Below are positions 37,035 through 45,416 of a DNA stretch of 64,000 bases, piece after piece. Position numbers and translations under genes: made by a program. The notes beneath the pieces were generated by a model that was not told where the DNA came from, ran no database searches, and saw only the letters and a program-made list of their open reading frames with translations. The stretch is from an uncultured Pseudomonadota bacterium (lineage in GTDB: Bacteria > Pseudomonadota > Alphaproteobacteria > RF32 > CAG-239), in NCBI GenBank assembly GCA_949290295.1, contig CASERH010000001.1, positions 507 to 64,506 of the forward strand. The letters run 5' to 3'. How positions within the stretch are numbered: position 1 is the first letter of the stretch; each line of letters begins with the position of its first letter.

Positions 37035-39270
37035 GCACCTCCCGTTTTTTGGTTTTATATCGTTGTTGATGGTGCTGTTTGCCTCGCGAGCCAAGGCTGA
37101 TAGTATTGTTACCCCAGATACCCAAAGTGCCATAGATAAAACAACCGGCGTAAAAAAGCCAAAGATTTCTCCGGCGGTAAACATCACGGACGTATTCACT
37201 CCCAAACCACCGACAGACAAAGAAAACCCTGAAATTTACTTTAGTGCCGATGAGGTTGAGAACAATCAAGAACTAAGCCTCATCACAGCCACCGGCAATG
37301 TTGAAATTATCCGTGACAACTATACGGTTAAAGCAGACAAGATTATTTACAACCAAAAAGAAGACACTGTAACAGCAGTAGGTGACGTGGTTATTTTAGA
37401 AGACAGCGGCAACGTTGTTTTTTCTGATTATGCGGAATTAACAGACCACATGACCAAAGGCGAGATGAAAAACATCAAGATGATCATGGCTGACAAAACC
37501 AGGGTTGCCGCCAGCACTTTCCGCCGCGGAGACAAAGACAAAAAGATAATGACCAATGCGGTCTATTCTCCTTGTGATGCCTGCCGCAAGCAAGACCCCT
37601 TATGGCAAATTAAAGCCCGCAAAGTTGAGCACAATGCCGAGACTCAAGATGTTCACTACCAAAATGCTTTTGTTGAAGTAAAAGGTGTTCCGGTATTTTA
37701 CACGCCGTTTTTATCCCATCCGGACCCCACGGTTAAAAGACGCTCCGGCTTCTTGTTCCCGAGAATCATGAGCAATCAATATCTTGGAGCGGCCATTCAG
37801 GGGCAATATTTTTGGAGCATCTCAGACCAAGAAGACATTTTGTTTAATCCTATTATAAGTAGTGACAAAGGCATTGTTTACGGAGGCGCCTACAACAAAT
37901 ATTTTGCCCGCGGCAATGTTTCTGCCAGCGGTAGTTTCTTAAGAGACCCCGACACCTCCAAAGATCGCGGTAACTTGTTTGCCTACGGCCGCTATGAGGT
38001 GAATGATTATTGGGTTGCCGACACCGACATCAACTATGCCTCCGATAACGCCTATCTAAAAGATTTATCTTTGCCTAAAAAAGATGATACTTGGCTCACC
38101 AGCCGCGCCAGCTTGCAAGGGTTTGACAACCGCAACTATGCGGCTCTTGAGGCATACTATTATAAGATTTTGAGTTATGATTTGCGCTATGCCAACCGCC
38201 CAATGGTGTTACCTACATTCAGCTATGAAAACATCAGCGACCCCAACCGCTATGGAGCCTATAACAAAAACAGTTTCAGCATGGCCTCTGTTTATCACGA
38301 AGACGACAATTCCAGCCAACGCGCCACCATGATTAATTCTTGGAACTTGCCCTACACCAGCCCATATGGTGAGAAATATAAGTTAGTTGCCTCCTTAAAA
38401 TCAGATTTATATTATGTTGACAACTACCTCAATTCTGAGAATGAAATTTACGATGGAACGGTAGCAAGAATATTCCCACAAGTTGGTTTGGAGTGGAGAC
38501 TGCCATTCATCAGAGCAACTGAAGATTCCAGACAGATTATTGAACCGATAATTGTTGCGGCAATAGCTCCCAACCAAAGCAATGAAGCAGATAAGATTCC
38601 CAATGAAGATAGCCAAGACGTAGAATTAAACGATACCAACATCTTAAACCTTGACCGTTACTCAGGCTATGACCGCAATGATACCGGCAGCCGCATCAGC
38701 TATGGTGTCAACTGGAGCTCTTATGGCAACATTTGGGGCCGCACATCAGCCCTTTTGGCCCAAAGTTATGAATTCAGCAAAAATGAGAGTTTTGCAAATG
38801 CAGATGGTCAAAGCGGTTCATTCACAGACTATGTCGGCCGTATTTATGCCTCCCCGAACGAATATTTAGATTTCAACTACCGATTCAAATTAGATAAAGA
38901 TGATTATTCGGTCACTTATAGTGAGTTAGCGTCAAGTTTTGGCCCCAAAATTTTGCGAATGTACGTATCATACATTTATTTCCAAGCCAATGAAACATCT
39001 TCAATCCAGGGAGAAGAAAGAAAAGAGCTTTACACCTCTTTACAAGCCATGTTAACCAAGAACTGGTCTGTTAGCTTATACAACCGTCAAAATTTAGCAC
39101 GAAACAGCGGCTCTCTCGAAATGGGTGCATTCTTAAGCTATGAAGATGAATGCACAAAAGTTATATTTAACATAGAAAAAGATAACTCCAATGACCCGAA
39201 CTATGAAGGAGATTTCACTTTCGGAGCCACCTTCTTCCTCAAAACTCTAGGCGGTATCGGCACCAAGTAA
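37027..39270 (+). CDS. lptD: LPS-assembly outer-membrane protein LptD
   Basis: Start placed at ATG 37027 (MTKHLPFFGFISLLMVLFASRAKA signal peptide), overlapping the lptF stop by 8 nt, giving 747 aa. N-terminal OstA-like region and a large C-terminal beta-barrel. Confidence 0.88.
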   Translation: MTKHLPFFGFISLLMVLFASRAKADSIVTPDTQSAIDKTTGVKKPKISPAVNITDVFTPKPPTDKENPEIYFSADEVENNQELSLITATGNVEIIRDNYTVKADKIIYNQKEDTVTAVGDVVILEDSGNVVFSDYAELTDHMTKGEMKNIKMIMADKTRVAASTFRRGDKDKKIMTNAVYSPCDACRKQDPLWQIKARKVEHNAETQDVHYQNAFVEVKGVPVFYTPFLSHPDPTVKRRSGFLFPRIMSNQYLGAAIQGQYFWSISDQEDILFNPIISSDKGIVYGGAYNKYFARGNVSASGSFLRDPDTSKDRGNLFAYGRYEVNDYWVADTDINYASDNAYLKDLSLPKKDDTWLTSRASLQGFDNRNYAALEAYYYKILSYDLRYANRPMVLPTFSYENISDPNRYGAYNKNSFSMASVYHEDDNSSQRATMINSWNLPYTSPYGEKYKLVASLKSDLYYVDNYLNSENEIYDGTVARIFPQVGLEWRLPFIRATEDSRQIIEPIIVAAIAPNQSNEADKIPNEDSQDVELNDTNILNLDRYSGYDRNDTGSRISYGVNWSSYGNIWGRTSALLAQSYEFSKNESFANADGQSGSFTDYVGRIYASPNEYLDFNYRFKLDKDDYSVTYSELASSFGPKILRMYVSYIYFQANETSSIQGEERKELYTSLQAMLTKNWSVSLYNRQNLARNSGSLEMGAFLSYEDECTKVIFNIEKDNSNDPNYEGDFTFGATFFLKTLGGIGTK

Positions 39271-39285
39271 CAGAAAGGAAAAGAT

Positions 39286-40200
39286 ATGAAAAGACTTCTG
39301 CTGAGTTTAGCAATATTAAGTTTCTTGAACTTCGGAGCCCAAGCGGCAGATTTGAAAATTGTTGCCCTTGTCAACGGAGAGATTATCTCTAATGAAGATT
39401 TGGAGAACAGGGTTAATGCCTTTGTCATGAGCACCAAAATCCCTGTTAATGCCCAAACTCGGAGAATGATTATGCAAAGAGTGCTAAACAATGCGGTAGA
39501 TGAAAAACTAAAACTGCAAGAAGCCGCCAGAGTCGGAATCAAGATCACGGATGAAGAAGTTGCCGCCCAGATGAAACAATTTGAAAAAACAAACAATATC
39601 CCAAGAGGACGGTTGGCTAATATTCTAAAAGCCGCCAATGTCAGTCTTCAAACCATGCAAGAGCAGATGAGATCAGATTTGGCATGGCTAAGAGTCATTC
39701 GTCAAAAATACTACGCTGAGGGCACACCGACTCAAAAAGAAATTAATGCCATGATGAATGAGGCCAAAAAAGACCTAAACACCGAAAAATTCATGGTTTC
39801 AGAGATATTCATCAAAAAAGAGCATGCGCAAAATATTGGCCAATTGGTTGAAAACCTGCGCAATGACAACCGTTTTGAGCTATATGCCATGCAGTTTTCA
39901 GAAAGTCCGAGTGCGGCAAACGGTGGCAACTTGGGCTGGGTCAACACCGGCAAATTAGCCTCTGTTTTGGAGACAAACTTGAGAAGGATGAAAGAAGGCG
40001 AAATCAGCGACCCCATTTTGCTTGGTGACGGGTATTATATTTTGCGCTTAGAAAGAGTCTTTGACCCCCAAAAAGACAAGCCTGAGATTCCGAGCGAGAA
40101 ACAAATTCAAACCATTCTGGAAAATCAGAAAATGGAGCTTTTATCCAAGAAGCTTCTGCAGGATTTACGCCAAAAAGCAGTTATAGAAATCAGGAGTTAA
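39286..40200 (+). CDS. surA: Periplasmic chaperone/peptidyl-prolyl isomerase SurA-like
   Basis: 304 aa. Signal peptide, SurA_N-like helical region, and one parvulin-like domain (GGNLGWV...GEISDPI...GYYILRLE). Conserved position after lptD. Confidence 0.8.
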   Translation: MKRLLLSLAILSFLNFGAQAADLKIVALVNGEIISNEDLENRVNAFVMSTKIPVNAQTRRMIMQRVLNNAVDEKLKLQEAARVGIKITDEEVAAQMKQFEKTNNIPRGRLANILKAANVSLQTMQEQMRSDLAWLRVIRQKYYAEGTPTQKEINAMMNEAKKDLNTEKFMVSEIFIKKEHAQNIGQLVENLRNDNRFELYAMQFSESPSAANGGNLGWVNTGKLASVLETNLRRMKEGEISDPILLGDGYYILRLERVFDPQKDKPEIPSEKQIQTILENQKMELLSKKLLQDLRQKAVIEIRS

Positions 40201-40201
40201 G

Positions 40202-41053
40202 ATGGCGGATTTAAGAGCAATTATCGATTCTCTGCCCTCGCTTAAGACCACGGTTGAGGCGCACCGGCTGATGGCCGAAAAAGCTTTGGGGCAAAATTTT
40301 TTGCTCAACCAAGACATTACCGACAAAATTATCCGCTTATCCTTAAGCAATCAAGGATTAAAAAATTTTGAAGGCGCTTCGGTTTTTGAGGTTGGCCCCG
40401 GCCCAGGAGGCTTAACCAGAGCTGTGCTAAAAGCAGAGCCGAAAAAACTGACGGTGATAGAGATGGACCCCCGCTGTATCAGCATTATGGAGGAACTAAA
40501 ATCCAAAACCGGCAATACAATGCAAATCAAAAACGGCGATGCTTTGCAATATGACTTTGCCAAAGAAGATAAAGAGGATGTTCATATTGTCTCTAACCTA
40601 CCCTATAATATCTCGGTGCCACTGTTGGTAAAATGGCTAGAGAAGATAAAAGATTATAAAAGTCTGACCTTGATGTTTCAAAAAGAGGTTGCCGACCGCA
40701 TTTTAGCTCCAACAAAATGCAAAGACTATGGCCGTATATCGATTTTGGCACAACTACAGTGCCACATAACCAGATTATTTGACCTAAGCCCTGAGTGTTT
40801 TGTTCCAGCCCCAAAAGTTTGGTCAAGCGTTTTACTTTTTCAGCCGCAAGAAAAACCCCTGTCGCAAGAGCAAATTAACAAACTTGAAAAACTCACCGCA
40901 CAAGCCTTTAGCCAGCGGCGTAAGATGATTCGCCAGAGTCTGAAATCTTTACATGGGCTTGAGGCCGCTTGTGAGGCGGAAGATATAGCACTGACATCTC
41001 GCCCCGAAGAACTTTCGCCACAACAATTTTTAGCATTAAGCGACCACCTGTAA
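40202..41053 (+). CDS. rsmA: 16S rRNA (adenine1518/1519-N6)-dimethyltransferase RsmA/KsgA
   Basis: 283 aa. LGQNFL, VFEVGPGPGGLT and SNLPYNIS motifs. Confidence 0.93.
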   Translation: MADLRAIIDSLPSLKTTVEAHRLMAEKALGQNFLLNQDITDKIIRLSLSNQGLKNFEGASVFEVGPGPGGLTRAVLKAEPKKLTVIEMDPRCISIMEELKSKTGNTMQIKNGDALQYDFAKEDKEDVHIVSNLPYNISVPLLVKWLEKIKDYKSLTLMFQKEVADRILAPTKCKDYGRISILAQLQCHITRLFDLSPECFVPAPKVWSSVLLFQPQEKPLSQEQINKLEKLTAQAFSQRRKMIRQSLKSLHGLEAACEAEDIALTSRPEELSPQQFLALSDHL

Positions 41054-41092
41054 TTTTTTTGACAAAAAACTTGCATTTTTCTCTAAATCTGT

Positions 41093-41119
41093 TATAGCTA
41101 CAATAAATACAGCTACAAT
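41093..41119 (+). repeat. Tandem direct repeat (12-mer x2, one mismatch, 15 bp register) upstream of the orphan gene
   Basis: TATAGCTACAAT (41093-41104) and TACAGCTACAAT (41108-41119). Each carries a TACAAT -10-like hexamer. TTGCAT at 41071 lies 16 nt before TATAGC. Confidence 0.5.
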
Positions 41120-41157
41120 TAAGATATACCTTTGTCTCACAAATAAAAACAAAAACC

Positions 41158-41718
41158 ATGAAAAAAAATTATTCTAAGCCCGGACAATTTGTCTCCATTC
41201 TGCTGGAAGAGATTAAGAAATCTGGTTCAACGCTTATCCTCAGAAGAGAGATCATGGAAAAAACTGCTGAGCAAATCGCCAAGCGTCACCCAAAGGCCTT
41301 TCAAGTGGCCTGGACGCAGATTGAAACGCTCTCCGTGGCCCCGATGCTTGAAGATGTAGCCCCCGAGGTAACCATCTGTCAGCTTGACCTGTACTACGCC
41401 GGCATTCTGAAGCACCCGGAAAGCAAAGAACTCAATGAGTATAGACTACGCGAGCTCCTCAAAAAGAAGTACGCAAAGATCTCCGGCTCAAAATCCGAGG
41501 AGCTTGAACAAAAAAAAGCCATAGAGCTTTCGGATGTGGAAATCCCCGGCGACTGGAAAGGCCCCCTGGTTTACCTTCACCAGAAGGTAGACAGCTTTTT
41601 CGGCAAAAAGAAACCCGACTACAACCGCAACGGCAAGTATCTCTCGTGGATTACGCCCGAGACAACAGCCGGCGAAGTCATCGACAACATTGTCGAGGCG
41701 GTGAAGAAGGCAATGTAG
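41158..41718 (+). CDS. Orphan hypothetical protein with atypical codon usage
   Basis: 186 aa ORF. No SD before ATG 41158. An alternative start at ATG 41254 is preceded by AGAAGAGAG. No family recognised. All Leu codons are CTN, with no TTA/TTG. AAG is about as frequent as AAA, and GGC/GCC/GAC/TAC dominate. Neighbouring rsmA uses mostly AAA and many TTA/TTG. Ends with TAG. Confidence 0.55.
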   Translation: MKKNYSKPGQFVSILLEEIKKSGSTLILRREIMEKTAEQIAKRHPKAFQVAWTQIETLSVAPMLEDVAPEVTICQLDLYYAGILKHPESKELNEYRLRELLKKKYAKISGSKSEELEQKKAIELSDVEIPGDWKGPLVYLHQKVDSFFGKKKPDYNRNGKYLSWITPETTAGEVIDNIVEAVKKAM

Positions 41719-41739
41719 CCCCGACACCGACTAAACCCC

Positions 41740-41772
41740 AAAAAAGAGTCCTAAAAAAGGACTCTTTTTTTT
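41740..41772. terminator. Bidirectional intrinsic terminator (orphan gene and xerD)
   Basis: AGAGTCC-TAAAAAA-GGACTCT stem flanked by A5-6 upstream and T7 downstream. Confidence 0.8.
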
Positions 41773-41780
41773 ATACCAGA

Positions 41781-41818
41781 GAAAAATTCTAATGTACAAA
41801 GAAGTACATGAATTTTTC
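41781..41818. repeat. Long imperfect inverted repeat between the xerD stop and the bidirectional terminator
   Basis: GAAAAATTC-ta-ATGTAC-aaagaa-GTACAT-GAATTTTTC gives 15 paired bases with a 2-nt bulge. No U-tract follows on either strand. Confidence 0.6.
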
Positions 41819-41835
41819 GAGACCGCACAAAATCG

Positions 41836-42750
41836 CTATAGAAAACCTCCAGACGAGTTTTTCCGGGATAGGGGATGGTTACCCGCCACAACCCTTAACA
41901 AATCCTCTGACATGATATGGGTATAAATCTCGGTTGTAGAGATATTTTCATGCCCGAGCATTTTTTGAACGGTTCTCAAATCCGCCTCATTTTGCAACAG
42001 GTGAGTGGCAAAAGAGTGGCGCAAAACGTGGGGAGAAATTTTGTTTGGGCTAACCCCGGCCCTAACCGCCAACTCTTTTAAATCCTTAAAAAATCCGTTT
42101 CGGGTCATATGCCCGAGCTTTGAGCGCGAAGATGGAAATAGCCAGATAGACTTTCTACCCCCGCGGATAAATTCATCTCGAAAAGTAAAATACTCCCCCA
42201 AAGCTTTGAGAGTTGAGGCGGCAACAGGAATTAGCCTTTCTTTGCTGCCTTTTCCGCGCACCAATATCTGTTGCTTGTCAAAATTGATACAATTTTCAGG
42301 CAAAGAGACCAGCTCTGAAACACGCAACCCACAGGCATACATCAGCTCCAGCATAACTGCCAGGCGCTTGGACCGAAAATCATTTTTTTCATGCGCGGCA
42401 GCCAAAAGATTTTTTACATCATCCTTGGTCAAAAACTTAGGCAACGGTTTTTCTGGTTTTGGTGCAGATATGTTTATCAGTGGGTTAGATGTAATTTGTT
42501 TTTCTGAAAACAAAAATTTAAACATATCGCGCAGAACAGATATTTTTCTGGCCACTGACTTGGTCGCATACCTTCTCTTATTAAGAACTGTAAGATAAGA
42601 AGAGACATCATCTTGGCTAATTTGCCCAAACGGCTTATTGCAAATTTCCACAAACTGTTCCAAATCGCGCCGATAAGCATCAAGCGTATTTTGGGAGGCA
42701 CCAACCTCTGCCGCCATCATATCCAAAAAATCTTCGATACAATCAGCCAT
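41836..42750 (-). CDS. xerD: Site-specific tyrosine recombinase XerD
   Basis: Start placed at ATG 42750 (MADCIEDFLD...), giving 304 aa. C-terminal catalytic region HVLRHSFATHLLQNEADLRTVQKMLGHENISTTEIYTHI. Housekeeping Xer type. Confidence 0.88.
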   Translation of the reverse strand: MADCIEDFLDMMAAEVGASQNTLDAYRRDLEQFVEICNKPFGQISQDDVSSYLTVLNKRRYATKSVARKISVLRDMFKFLFSEKQITSNPLINISAPKPEKPLPKFLTKDDVKNLLAAAHEKNDFRSKRLAVMLELMYACGLRVSELVSLPENCINFDKQQILVRGKGSKERLIPVAASTLKALGEYFTFRDEFIRGGRKSIWLFPSSRSKLGHMTRNGFFKDLKELAVRAGVSPNKISPHVLRHSFATHLLQNEADLRTVQKMLGHENISTTEIYTHIMSEDLLRVVAGNHPLSRKNSSGGFL

Positions 42751-42764
42751 GGCCAAACCAGAAA

Positions 42765-42908
42765 TTATTTTGCGCTAAGAGAAATTTCCTCTTCCACATG
42801 CTCCACAGGCATAGGAACCTCATGAACCGTAACAAAAACAATGGCTGCCAAAAGCAAAGCGCCAATAACGTAATAAATCCAATTTGAATTTTTTTTCTGT
42901 CTTAACAT
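42765..42908 (-). CDS. Small single-pass membrane protein (47 aa), absent from the ORF track
   Basis: Reverse-strand ATG at 42908 with GGGGA upstream. Hand translation: MLRQKKNSNWIYYVIGALLLAAIVFVTVHEVPMPVEHVEEEISLSAK, stop TAA at 42767-42765. It ends 14 nt upstream of the xerD start, which suggests co-transcription. Confidence 0.45.
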   Translation of the reverse strand: MLRQKKNSNWIYYVIGALLLAAIVFVTVHEVPMPVEHVEEEISLSAK

Positions 42909-42944
42909 GATATTCCCCATAAAAAGTGTTGCGAAACAATCGTA

Positions 42945-42960
42945 TTAACTATATAGTTAA
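42945..42960. repeat. Perfect 16 bp palindrome in the xerD-operon / aroK divergent promoter region
   Basis: TTAACTATATAGTTAA, 39 nt upstream of the aroK ATG. Confidence 0.5.
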
Positions 42961-42998
42961 CACAATAAATTTGAAAGAAAAATTAAAATTACATAATA

Positions 42999-43544
42999 AT
43001 GACCACAATAAATGATAAAATTATTCTTCTGGTCGGACTAATGGGAAGCGGCAAGACCAGCGTAGGAAAACGCCTCTCCAAAAAACTAAATCTCCCGTTT
43101 GTAGACGGCGATCGGGAGGTTGAAAAAGCAGCGGGCTTATCTTTGATAGATATTCTAAAATGCTTTGGGCCAGAAGAATATCGAGCCGGAGAAGCTCGAG
43201 TAATGAAACGCCTGCTCCAAGGAGCGCCTTGTGTGCTAGCCTCCGGAGGCGGTTCCTTTGTGGCACCGCAAACCAGAGAGTACGCCCGCAAAAACGCCAT
43301 CACCATTTGGCTAAAAGCAGATTTGGATGTTCTGTATCACCGCACGGCAGGACGCCAACATCGCCCTTTTTTGAAGGGCAACGACACCGAGCTCAAAAAC
43401 AAGCTCGAAACCTACATAAATGAAGAATACCCCTATTACTCTGAGGCGGATATCATTGTTGAAACCAAAGAAGAGCAAGTTGACATAACGGTCCGTAGAG
43501 TAATAGACGCCATCAACAACTTTCTCTCACAGGAAACGACATGA
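42999..43544 (+). CDS. aroK: Shikimate kinase
   Basis: 181 aa. LVGLMGSGKTSVGKRLS is the Walker A, and DGDREVE and SGGGSFV motifs are present. Confidence 0.9.
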   Translation: MTTINDKIILLVGLMGSGKTSVGKRLSKKLNLPFVDGDREVEKAAGLSLIDILKCFGPEEYRAGEARVMKRLLQGAPCVLASGGGSFVAPQTREYARKNAITIWLKADLDVLYHRTAGRQHRPFLKGNDTELKNKLETYINEEYPYYSEADIIVETKEEQVDITVRRVIDAINNFLSQETT

Positions 43545-44830
43545 TAATTTCAGCCATAGCCGTTTTATTCTTATTGTTTTTATCAGCTTTTTTCTCTGGC
43601 TCTGAAACAGCTCTCACGGGGGCTTCCCAAGCTTTCATCACCGACCAGGAAAAGAACGGAAGAAACCCAAGAGCACGTTTGGTTAACAGGCTTTTCAAAA
43701 GAAGAGATAACCTGATTATCACCACTCTTTTGGGCTCCAACTTAAGCAACACATTGGCCACCTCCCTTTCTACCGGCGTTTTGATAGGTTTATTTGGCAA
43801 TGAAGGTGTGGCTTATGCCACCATAATCATGACCTTTTTGGTTTTAATATATACAGATATGTTGCCCAAAAGCTACGCTGTTCGTCACGCCAACACCATG
43901 GCGTTGATTGTTGCCCCATGGGTAAACATTTTTGTAAAAATATTTGCTCCCGTTGTTTGGATCTTACAAAAAATCGTACACCTAACTTTCCGTCCTTTCG
44001 GCATCAAGCATGAGGAAGACACAAAAGGTGGCAGTTTAGCCGAAGTCAGAGGCGCCATTTATATGTATAACGACAAAGAAGGCCGCCAAGAGCAAGAGAT
44101 GCTAAAAAGCATCCTAGATTTGACCGATATCACGGTCTATGATGTCATGAATCACCGCAAAAATCTATTTTCTTTAGACATAGACCTCCCCATAGAAGAT
44201 GTCTTGAAAAAAGTTGAGAACTGCCCTTTTTCAAGGATTCCACTATATAAAGAAAAACCGGAAAACATTGTCGGCATCATAAGAGTTAAGGCCTTATTTA
44301 AGGCTGTCATAGATAGCCACGGAGATTTCAGCCAAGTAAAACTAGAAGAGCTGATGACCAAGCCTTGGTTTATTCCTGACAACACCTCCCTAAAACAGCA
44401 ATTACAGTGGTTCCGTGCCCGCCGCGAGCATTTTGCGATTGTGGTGGATGAGTATGGTGTTTTGCAGGGCATTGTTACCTTAGAAGATATTTTGGAAGAA
44501 ATTGTCGGCGACATTAATGATGAAAGTGATATTTCAAACCTTGATATTATGGGGATTCGCAAGCTAAGTGAAACCAGTTATATTGTGGATGGCCAAGTGC
44601 CGATTCGCGACCTCAACCGCAAATATGGCTGGCATATAGAAGATGACAATGCCGTCACCATTGCAGGCTATCTCTTGGACATGACCCGCTCTATCCCACA
44701 AGTTGGGCAAAAATTCATCTTTGGCGATTTTCAATTTGAAATATTAAAACGCGATAAAAATCAGCTAAGCCAGATTAAGATTATTTGCAACGAAACCCAA
44801 ACCGAAGATACTCAATCAACTCCCGCATAA
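43541..44830 (+). CDS. DUF21/CBS-pair/CorC_HlyC domain membrane protein (CNNM/TlyC-type, putative Mg/Co efflux or hemolysin-like)
   Basis: 429 aa. N-terminal 4-TM DUF21 region (FFSGSETAL), a CBS pair, and a C-terminal transporter-associated domain. The start overlaps the aroK stop. Confidence 0.8.
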   Translation: MIISAIAVLFLLFLSAFFSGSETALTGASQAFITDQEKNGRNPRARLVNRLFKRRDNLIITTLLGSNLSNTLATSLSTGVLIGLFGNEGVAYATIIMTFLVLIYTDMLPKSYAVRHANTMALIVAPWVNIFVKIFAPVVWILQKIVHLTFRPFGIKHEEDTKGGSLAEVRGAIYMYNDKEGRQEQEMLKSILDLTDITVYDVMNHRKNLFSLDIDLPIEDVLKKVENCPFSRIPLYKEKPENIVGIIRVKALFKAVIDSHGDFSQVKLEELMTKPWFIPDNTSLKQQLQWFRARREHFAIVVDEYGVLQGIVTLEDILEEIVGDINDESDISNLDIMGIRKLSETSYIVDGQVPIRDLNRKYGWHIEDDNAVTIAGYLLDMTRSIPQVGQKFIFGDFQFEILKRDKNQLSQIKIICNETQTEDTQSTPA

Positions 44831-45416
44831 ACGGAACTGTCTGCGAGCAAACAATATCGGGCCGAGAGTAAAAATCTCTGAAATCACGCCGCCATTCGAG
44901 CTGCAAAATTTTATCAGAGCCATATTCTCGTTGCAATCTTCCACACAAGCCCGCCCCACCTCGATAATCCGGATGATTAAAAACGATTTTTATCTTATAT
45001 TTTTCGGCCAATTGCCTAATAAATTCAAGCTCTTGCTTATAATTCAAGGCCGTAATCATTCCTGTTCCGACCGCCAAATCAAACGGGCGATCATTTCTCA
45101 TCCCGTGAAAATCCAAAAAGCTTTTATTTTGTAGATTTTGCTGAGCAATAAAATCTTGAATCATACATTTATAAGGAACAAAACGCTTGCGAACGATTGT
45201 GGAAATATTACAGTTTTCCCCGAGATAACTTACGATTTCTCCTGTAAAAGCATCTGCCGGTTTTACCTTTTTGCAAACAAAAGAGCGCACCGAATGCGGC
45301 GCACTCAAAATCAGTTGACTCCCCCTATCGTCAAATTGAAAAATTTCTCCCGTTTGATTTTTTTCAACTTCTGCTAAAGAAAATCTACGCGAAAACTTCT
45401 CTAAGTCCGCAAGCAT
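44781..45416 (-). CDS. N-formylglutamate amidohydrolase (FGase)-family-like hydrolase
   Basis: 211 aa. LILSAPHS..., ...FLDFHGM... and ...LQLEWRRDF resemble the FGase-family metal-ligand and fold motifs by eye. The 3' end overlaps the convergent CBS-domain gene by 50 nt. Confidence 0.4.
   Translation of the reverse strand: MLADLEKFSRRFSLAEVEKNQTGEIFQFDDRGSQLILSAPHSVRSFVCKKVKPADAFTGEIVSYLGENCNISTIVRKRFVPYKCMIQDFIAQQNLQNKSFLDFHGMRNDRPFDLAVGTGMITALNYKQELEFIRQLAEKYKIKIVFNHPDYRGGAGLCGRLQREYGSDKILQLEWRRDFRDFYSRPDIVCSQTVPFMRELIEYLRFGFRCK

Noticed and set aside
41781-41818. The long inverted repeat next to xerD as a dif (Xer) recombination site.
   Set aside because: It does not resemble the dif architecture of 11 bp arm, 6 bp spacer (TGTATA-like) and 11 bp arm. 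It is a simple extended hairpin with a 6 nt loop.
41836-42750. The tyrosine recombinase as a marker of an integrated mobile element, possibly linked to the neighbouring orphan gene.
   Set aside because: Its sequence and its context (divergent from aroK) are those of housekeeping XerD. I saw no flanking direct repeats, tRNA target or other mobile-element genes.
44781-44830. The 50 nt convergent overlap between the CBS-domain gene and the FGase-like gene as evidence of a mis-call or a frameshifted pseudogene.
   Set aside because: Both ORFs are full-length with family-typical termini up to the overlap. Short convergent 3' overlaps occur in compact genomes; nth and dedA also overlap by 4 nt here. 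There is no sign of disruption.
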